32,588 nucleotides of DNA from Alphaproteobacteria bacterium (GTDB lineage Bacteria; Pseudomonadota; Alphaproteobacteria; Rhodobacterales; Rhodobacteraceae). Both the position numbers and the translations under genes were made by a program. Location of the stretch: contig RFGD01000009.1 in assembly GCA_003696705.1 (NCBI GenBank), positions 1 through 32,588 on the forward strand. Direction: 5' to 3'. Numbering within the stretch: the stretch's first letter is position 1; every line of letters begins with the position of its first letter. Of this stretch, positions 27,139 through 32,588 are shown piece after piece. Under the pieces are notes generated by a model, which was given only the letters and a program-made list of their open reading frames with translations, ran no database searches and was not told the origin of the DNA.

Positions 27139-28217
27139 ATTTCCTCCGATGTCGCCTGTTCGGGGCCGGCCCGTCGCAGGGCGATGCGAAACACGGTATG
27201 GCCGGGGGCCGTCTCGACGCCGACCAGCCCGCCGTGATCCGACACGATACGTGCAACGAGAGCCAGCCCCAGCCCGGTGCCGTTCTCGCGGCCCGAGACG
27301 AAGGGGTCGAAGGCGGCCTCGACAAGATCGGGCGGCAGGCCCGGGCCGTCGTCGATGACCTCGATCTGAAGCGGCGCCGGAAGGCCCTCTCCCGCCGCGC
27401 CGCGCACGCGGATCGCCGGGTCATAGCGGGTCCGAAGCCGGATCGTGCCGCCTTGGGGCTGGGCCTCGGCCGCGTTCTTCACAAGGTTCAGGACCGCCTG
27501 CAGAAGCTGGTCGGCGTCGGCCAGGGCAAGCGGCAGCGAGGGATCGTATTCCTCGACAAGGGTCATGTGCGCGGCGAACCCCACCTCGGCCGAGCGCCGG
27601 GCGCGGTGCATGACGTCGTGCACATTAACCGGCCCGAGCGACGGCGGCGGCATGTTGCCGACGGCCTCGACCCGGGCGAGAAGATCGCGCACGCGCATCG
27701 CCTCGGCCACGATGAGGTCCGTAAGCTCCCGGTCCCCGGGCGACAGGTTCATGGCCAGAAGCTGGGCCGCGCCGGTGATCCCGGCAAGCGGGTTCTTGAT
27801 CTCGTGCGCCAGCATGTCGGCCATGCCGATGGCCGTCCGCGCCGCGCTTCGCGGCGCCCCGGCCTGGCCCAGCCGTTCGGCAAGCTCTTGGGGGGTCATC
27901 AGCACAAGGACCTTCCCCGAGCCGTCGGTGAACGGCGCGATCTGGAGCGCCGTATGCACAGGCCGCCGCGCGTCGGACCCGACCGCGGCCTCGTTCACGA
28001 AGACGGGCGAGCCCCGCTGACGCGCGCGCGCAAGTTCGCCATCAAGCGGCGGCTCGGCGGCGACGCTGGTCAGGAAGGGCCGGCCGATCAGCACGCGCCG
28101 GGATGCATTCAGGAAGTGCTCGCCCGCGGGGTTGACGTCGGCAATCCGGTCCTCGTGGTCCAGAAGCACGGCCGGCATGGGAAGGGCCGACCACAGTGCC
28201 TCGGCCCCGGCGTTCAT
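27135..28217 (-). CDS. ntrB: nitrogen regulation sensor histidine kinase NtrB
   Basis: PAS-like N-terminus, H-box [19 protein letters not shown], and HATPase N/G boxes ([23 protein letters not shown]). Its ATG overlaps the dusB stop (ATGA). Confidence 0.92.
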   Translation of the reverse strand: MNAGAEALWSALPMPAVLLDHEDRIADVNPAGEHFLNASRRVLIGRPFLTSVAAEPPLDGELARARQRGSPVFVNEAAVGSDARRPVHTALQIAPFTDGSGKVLVLMTPQELAERLGQAGAPRSAARTAIGMADMLAHEIKNPLAGITGAAQLLAMNLSPGDRELTDLIVAEAMRVRDLLARVEAVGNMPPPSLGPVNVHDVMHRARRSAEVGFAAHMTLVEEYDPSLPLALADADQLLQAVLNLVKNAAEAQPQGGTIRLRTRYDPAIRVRGAAGEGLPAPLQIEVIDDGPGLPPDLVEAAFDPFVSGRENGTGLGLALVARIVSDHGGLVGVETAPGHTVFRIALRRAGPEQATSEEM

Positions 28218-29194
28218 GCCACGAGCCTTTCGCCCCGGATGGCGCGGTCCATGTCAGCCATCACCTGCCGCGGCTCGGTGCCGGTCAGCACGGCCCGCCG
28301 CAAGGCCTTCGGCGCGCCCAGATCGTCAAGATACCAGCCAAGATGCTTGCGCGCGACCCGCATGCCAAGCGCCTTGCCGTAAAAGCTCAGCATATCCTCG
28401 TAATGCGTTGCAATCATGTCAAGAAGTTCACCCCCGGCCGGCACCCGCACCGATGGCGCGCCGAAAAGCGCATGGGCGATCCCGGCCAGAAGCCAGGGCC
28501 GCCCCTGGGCGCCGCGCCCCACCATCACGCCCGCCGCCCCCGAAAGCTCCAGCGCCTTCCGGGCCGAGGGGACATCGACAATGTCGCCGTTGGCGATGAC
28601 CGGAAGCGAAACGGCGTCGACCACCTCGCCGATCGCGGCCCAGTCGGCCCGGCCCTTGTAGAACTGCGCGCGCGTGCGGCCGTGGACCACGATCATCCGC
28701 ACGCCCGTGTCGGCCAGCCGCCGGGCAATGGCGGCCGCGTTCCGGCTTTCGTCGTCCCAGCCAAGGCGCATCTTCACCGTCACCGGGACCGAAACCGCCG
28801 AGACCACGGCCTGGACAAGGCGCACGGCGTTGTCCGGGTCGCGCATGAGCGCCGAGCCCGACCAGCCGTTCACCACCTTCTTCGCCGGACAACCCATGTT
28901 GAAGTCGATCAGCCGGGCGCCATTGGCCTCTACCATGCGTGCGGCCTCGGCAAGCCAATGGGGGTCGCGCCCGGCAAGCTGCACGGCCGTGCCGTCCGCA
29001 TCGAGCCCGAGCGCGGCGCGTTCGCGCACGCCGGGCTTGGCCTGCACCATCTCCTGGCTTGCGACCATTTCCGACACGACCAGACCGGCGCCGAAGCGCG
29101 CCACCAGCCGGCGAAACGGCAGGTCGGTTATCCCGGCCATCGGCGCAAGAAGCACGGGCGGCGAGATCTCGAGGTCTGCCAGTTTTATGGTCAA
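28214..29194 (-). CDS. dusB: tRNA-dihydrouridine synthase B (NifR3 family)
   Basis: LLAPMAGITDLPFRRL, NMGCPAKKV and VHGRT motifs. It appears to use a TTG start (29194) preceded by AAGGA, and no in-frame ATG is nearby. It occupies the classical position upstream of ntrBC. Confidence 0.9.
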   Translation of the reverse strand: MTIKLADLEISPPVLLAPMAGITDLPFRRLVARFGAGLVVSEMVASQEMVQAKPGVRERAALGLDADGTAVQLAGRDPHWLAEAARMVEANGARLIDFNMGCPAKKVVNGWSGSALMRDPDNAVRLVQAVVSAVSVPVTVKMRLGWDDESRNAAAIARRLADTGVRMIVVHGRTRAQFYKGRADWAAIGEVVDAVSLPVIANGDIVDVPSARKALELSGAAGVMVGRGAQGRPWLLAGIAHALFGAPSVRVPAGGELLDMIATHYEDMLSFYGKALGMRVARKHLGWYLDDLGAPKALRRAVLTGTEPRQVMADMDRAIRGERLVA

Positions 29195-29317
29195 TTGCCC
29201 AATCCTTGTGCGTGCGGTCCCGAACTAGCCGATCCGCGTGCAGCCGGCAAGGCCGGCAACGCCCGTGCGTCGCCAAGGGCCATTGCCGACCCGGCGCCCC
29301 GAAAATAGAGAGGGGCC

Positions 29318-30034
29318 ATGACGACACGCACCGGAACTCCGCCCGGACCCGACGCCGTGGGCGCGGTCATCGTGGCCGCGGGCAAGGGCATGCGCGCAGG
29401 CGGCGGCCTGCCCAAACAGTATCGGCGGCTCGGCGGGCGGCCGGTCGTCGCGCGCTCGGTCGAGGCCTTCGTCCGCCACCCGAATGTCGGACCCGTCGTC
29501 GTCGTCATCGCCTCGGGCGAGGATGCGCGGCTTGCCGAAGCGCTCGGCCCGGAACTTTTCGCGCGCGTGATCGTCGCGACCGGCGGCGCCAGCCGGGATG
29601 CGTCGGTTCGATCCGGGCTGGCGGCGCTGCCGCCCGGCGTCCGGCGGGTCCTGATCCACGATGCCGCCCGGCCCCTTGTCCCGGCGGCACTGATCGGGCG
29701 CGTGCTCGAGGCCCTGAAGGCCGGTCCGGCCGCCGCGCCGGCCGTGCCGGTCACGGATGCCCTCTGGCGCGGGGCCGACGGCCGCGTGCAGGAGATCGTC
29801 CCGCGCGAAGGGCTCTTTCGCGCCCAGACCCCGCAGGGTTTCGAGCTTGAAGCCATCCGCGCCGCCCACGCCGCCTGGCAGGACCGAGAGCCGGCCGCCG
29901 ATGACGTGGCCGTAGCGCTTGCCGCCGGCCTTGACGTGCAGATCGTCGAAGGCGATGAGGTCAACATGAAGATCACCACCGCCGCCGATTTCGATCGGGC
30001 CGCGCGCCTTCTGGGCGTAGAGAAGGGGGAATGA
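29318..30034 (+). CDS. ispD: 2-C-methyl-D-erythritol 4-phosphate cytidylyltransferase
   Basis: [20 protein letters not shown]-terminal motif, plus HDAARP and TPQGF blocks. RBS is GAGAGGGG. Confidence 0.9.
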   Translation: MTTRTGTPPGPDAVGAVIVAAGKGMRAGGGLPKQYRRLGGRPVVARSVEAFVRHPNVGPVVVVIASGEDARLAEALGPELFARVIVATGGASRDASVRSGLAALPPGVRRVLIHDAARPLVPAALIGRVLEALKAGPAAAPAVPVTDALWRGADGRVQEIVPREGLFRAQTPQGFELEAIRAAHAAWQDREPAADDVAVALAAGLDVQIVEGDEVNMKITTAADFDRAARLLGVEKGE

Positions 30035-30513
30035 TGGACATCCGGCTGGGCAACGGGTTCGACGTTCATGCCTTCGCGCCCGGCGACGGGGTGACGCTTT
30101 GCGGCGTGCGCGTGCCCTTCGACCGCACGCTGTCGGGACATTCCGACGCCGACGTCGGTCTTCACGCCATTACCGACGCGATCCTGGGCGCGCTTGCCGA
30201 TGGCGACATCGGCCGGCACTTCCCGCCCACGGATCCCCGATGGAAAGGGGCGCCGTCGCGCCTCTTCCTCGAATTCGCCGCCCGGCGCGCCGCCGAGCGC
30301 GGCTATCGGGTGGCGAACGTCGACTGCACACTGGTCTGCGAGCGCCCGAAGATCGGGCCGCATGCTGCGGAAATGCGCGCCTTCGTGGCCGAGACGCTGG
30401 CCATCGGGGTCGACAGAGTCTCGGTCAAGGCGACGACGTCCGAACGGCTTGGCTTCACGGGCCGGGAAGAGGGGATCGCGGCGCTTGCCACCGCGGCGCT
30501 GGTGGCGGCATGA
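30031..30513 (+). CDS. ispF: 2-C-methyl-D-erythritol 2,4-cyclodiphosphate synthase
   Basis: [24 protein letters not shown] and [13 protein letters not shown] motifs. Its ATG overlaps the ispD TGA (ATGA). Confidence 0.92.
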   Translation: MMDIRLGNGFDVHAFAPGDGVTLCGVRVPFDRTLSGHSDADVGLHAITDAILGALADGDIGRHFPPTDPRWKGAPSRLFLEFAARRAAERGYRVANVDCTLVCERPKIGPHAAEMRAFVAETLAIGVDRVSVKATTSERLGFTGREEGIAALATAALVAA

Positions 30514-31001
30514 GCCGCCTTGTCGCCACGCTTTTCGGCATCGGCCACCTGCGCCCGGCGCCGGGAACCTGGGGTTCGGCGGCGGCCGTGCCGATGGCCT
30601 GGCTTCTGCACGGGCTGGGCGGGTTCCCGCTTCTGGCACTGGCAACGCTTGCGACCTTCGGGCTTGGCTGGTGGGCGACCTGGCGCGCCACCGACGGCAA
30701 GGCCGAACACGATCCGAAAGAGATCGTCATCGACGAGGTCGTGGGCCAGTGGATCGCCCTTTGGCCTCTCTCGGCGGGGCTGTGGCATGCGGGGGTCGCG
30801 CCCTGGGTCTTCCCCTACCCCGGCTGGATCGGGGGGTTTCTGATGTTCCGGCTCTTCGACATCTGGAAGCCCTGGCCGGTGTCGGCCTTCGACCGGCGCA
30901 CGACGCCCTTCGGCGTCATGATGGACGACGTCGCCGCCGGCATCCTTGCGGCCATCGTCGTGACCGCCGCGGCGGCGATTGCGCATGGGTGGATCGGATG
31001 A
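30510..31001 (+). CDS. pgpA: phosphatidylglycerophosphatase A
   Basis: Internal ATG at 30510 gives [23 protein letters not shown]..., then [21 protein letters not shown] and DDVAAGI (PgpA signature blocks). Its ATG overlaps the ispF TGA. Confidence 0.88.
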   Translation: MSRLVATLFGIGHLRPAPGTWGSAAAVPMAWLLHGLGGFPLLALATLATFGLGWWATWRATDGKAEHDPKEIVIDEVVGQWIALWPLSAGLWHAGVAPWVFPYPGWIGGFLMFRLFDIWKPWPVSAFDRRTTPFGVMMDDVAAGILAAIVVTAAAAIAHGWIG

Positions 31002-31501
31002 CACGGCCACTGGCGGAACGGCTTCTCGACATCGCGCGCGGGCGCGGCCTCATGATCGCCACGGCCGAAAGCTGTACGGGGGGCATGGTCGCCGCGGCGA
31101 TCACCGACATTCCGGGCTCGTCCACGATCTACGACCGCGGCGCCGTCACCTACTCGAATGCGGCGAAAAGCGACATGCTGGGCGTCCCGGCCGAGCTGAT
31201 CGCCCGCCACGGCGCCGTGTCCGAGCCTGTGGCGCGCGCCATGGCGGCGGGCATCCTGGACCGCTCGGGGGCCGATCTGGCCGTCGCGACGACCGGCATT
31301 GCGGGTCCGGGCCCGTCCGAGCACAAGCCGGAAGGGCGGGTCTGCTTCGGCCTCGCCGTCCGGGGCGGCGACGTCGCGACCGAAACGGTCGAGTTCGGCG
31401 CGCTCGGCCGCGACACGGTCCGGCTGGAGGCGACGCGCCATGCGCTTCGGCTTCTCATCCGGGCGGCGCTGAAGGGCGCCGGGCCCAAAGGGCCGGCCTG
31501 A
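30998..31501 (+). CDS. CinA-family C-terminal domain protein (nicotinamide-nucleotide amidohydrolase PncC-like)
   Basis: Internal ATG at 30998 gives [42 protein letters not shown]..., then VSEPVARAMA, TGIAGP and GRVCFG. Its ATG overlaps the pgpA TGA. Confidence 0.88.
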   Translation: MTRPLAERLLDIARGRGLMIATAESCTGGMVAAAITDIPGSSTIYDRGAVTYSNAAKSDMLGVPAELIARHGAVSEPVARAMAAGILDRSGADLAVATTGIAGPGPSEHKPEGRVCFGLAVRGGDVATETVEFGALGRDTVRLEATRHALRLLIRAALKGAGPKGPA

Positions 31502-31665
31502 CGGCCAGCACGTCCCTGCTCAAAAAATGGGCAACGGCGACGGGGCGCGCCCGGAAACCGGTCAATCCGCGTTCCGGACGCCCCACCGCCGCAATCTGCA
31601 CTGGACCCGGAAGCGCGTCATCCGACATTGAGCGCAAACCGTGGGCCAAGACAGAAGGGATTGCC

Positions 31666-32588
31666 ATGAACGCCGCCGACACCGCCTGGATCATGACCGC
31701 CACGGCACTGGTCCTTTTCATGTCGCTGCCGGGGCTTGCGCTTTTCTATGGCGGGCTCGTCCGGGCGCGCAATGTCCTCAGCGTCCTCATGCAGTGTTTC
31801 GCCATCGCCTGCGTGGCCAGCGTCGTCTGGCTGGCGGTCGGCTATTCGATCGCCTTCGGCGACGGCGGCGCCTATTGGGGCGGCCTTGGCAAGGCGTTCC
31901 TTGCCGGCATCGGTCCCGACACGCTGTCCGGCACCCTGCCCGAGGTTCTTTTCTTTGCCTTCCAGATGACCTTTGCCGTCATCACGCCCGCCCTGATCGT
32001 CGGCGCCTATGTCGAGCGCATCGGCTTCGGCTTCGTCCTTCTCTTCTCGGCGCTCTGGCTGGTTCTTGTCTATGCCCCGGTGACCCACTGGATCTGGGGC
32101 AACGGCTTTCTGGCCGACGGCGGGATCTTCGGCGACATCGGCGTCAGGGACTTCGCCGGCGGCATTGTCGTCCACGAGACGGCGGGCCTTGCCGCCCTCG
32201 TTCTGGCCGCGGTTCTGGGACCGCGCCGCAACCGCGTTCCGCCGCACAACCCCGGAATGGTGGTCATGGGCGCCGGCATGCTGTGGGTCGGCTGGTTCGG
32301 CTTCAACGGCGGCTCGGAACTGGCCGCCAATGGTGGCGCGGCGATGGCGATTGCGGTCACGCATGTCTCGGCCGCCACGGCGTCGCTGAGCTGGGCGGCG
32401 TGGGAACGGTTCCGGCACGGCAAGGCATCGGTCGTCGGCCTCGTGACCGGCACGATCGCCGGGCTGGCCTCGATCACCCCGGCGTCGGGGTTCGTCGGTC
32501 CGGTCGAGGCCCTTGTCATCGGCGCCATCGCCGGCGTGCTCTGCCAGGAGGCGATCAATGTCGTCAAGGTCCGGGCCGGCATCGACGA
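31666..32588 (+). CDS. amtB: ammonium transporter (Amt family), N-terminal about 307 codons; continues past the window edge
   Basis: This ORF is not in the supplied track because it has no stop in the window. ATG at 31666 is preceded by GAAGGGA. The translation MNAADTAWIMTATALVLFMSLPGLALFYGGLVRARN...DFAGGIVVHETAG...WFGFNGGS... carries canonical Amt signatures. Confidence 0.9.
   Translation, partial: MNAADTAWIMTATALVLFMSLPGLALFYGGLVRARNVLSVLMQCFAIACVASVVWLAVGYSIAFGDGGAYWGGLGKAFLAGIGPDTLSGTLPEVLFFAFQMTFAVITPALIVGAYVERIGFGFVLLFSALWLVLVYAPVTHWIWGNGFLADGGIFGDIGVRDFAGGIVVHETAGLAALVLAAVLGPRRNRVPPHNPGMVVMGAGMLWVGWFGFNGGSELAANGGAAMAIAVTHVSAATASLSWAAWERFRHGKASVVGLVTGTIAGLASITPASGFVGPVEALVIGAIAGVLCQEAINVVKVRAGID

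Noticed and set aside
31527-31631. A 34-codon ORF (MGNGDGARPETGQSAFRTPHRRNLHWTRKRVIRH) in the cinA-amt intergenic region.
   Set aside because: It has no Shine-Dalgarno sequence (preceded by CTCAAAAA) and no signal or TM features. Its high third-position GC is not discriminating in this genome, so it is likely chance.

Overview
This window looks like ordinary, syntenic core chromosome of a high-GC alphaproteobacterium, with gene content and order typical of Rhodobacteraceae (Rhodobacter, Cereibacter or Paracoccus-like). I cannot place it more precisely without a database search.

Gene order, left to right:
- psuG (5' end outside the window), a DUF502 membrane protein, then convergently an entericidin-like lipoprotein and an orphan family-5 ABC solute-binding protein.
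- An AT-rich intergenic region with back-to-back promoter-like elements and a candidate small RNA.
- An XRE-cupin regulator divergent from a tightly coupled trio: acyl-CoA synthetase-like, DsbA-like and MFS genes.
- mfd, a small membrane protein, hemB, a Tat/lipobox SYLF(Ysc84)-like protein, a beta-hydroxyacid dehydrogenase and a penicillin-acylase-family Ntn hydrolase.
- The classic alphaproteobacterial block, all on the minus strand: dusB(nifR3)-ntrB-ntrC-ntrY-ntrX-trkA-trkH-hfq-hflX.
- ispD-ispF-pgpA-cinA, and the start of an ammonium transporter that runs off the 3' edge.

I see no tRNA or rRNA genes, CRISPR arrays, transposases, integrases, phage genes or recognisable defence genes. I do not find a convincing novel multi-gene system.

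The observations most worth a second look:
1. A promoter, stem-loop and terminator unit at about 3618-3727 that looks like an unannotated Hfq-type sRNA.
2. An apparent 1-nt frameshift splitting hflX, plus the lack of a canonical start codon for hflX just downstream of hfq.
3. An uncharacterised XRE-cupin, adenylate-forming enzyme, DsbA-like, MFS module.
4. Both AAA+ response regulators (NtrC and NtrX) lack the GAFTGA sigma-54 contact motif. This is known biology for this clade.

The many long ORFs antisense to real genes are high-GC artefacts.
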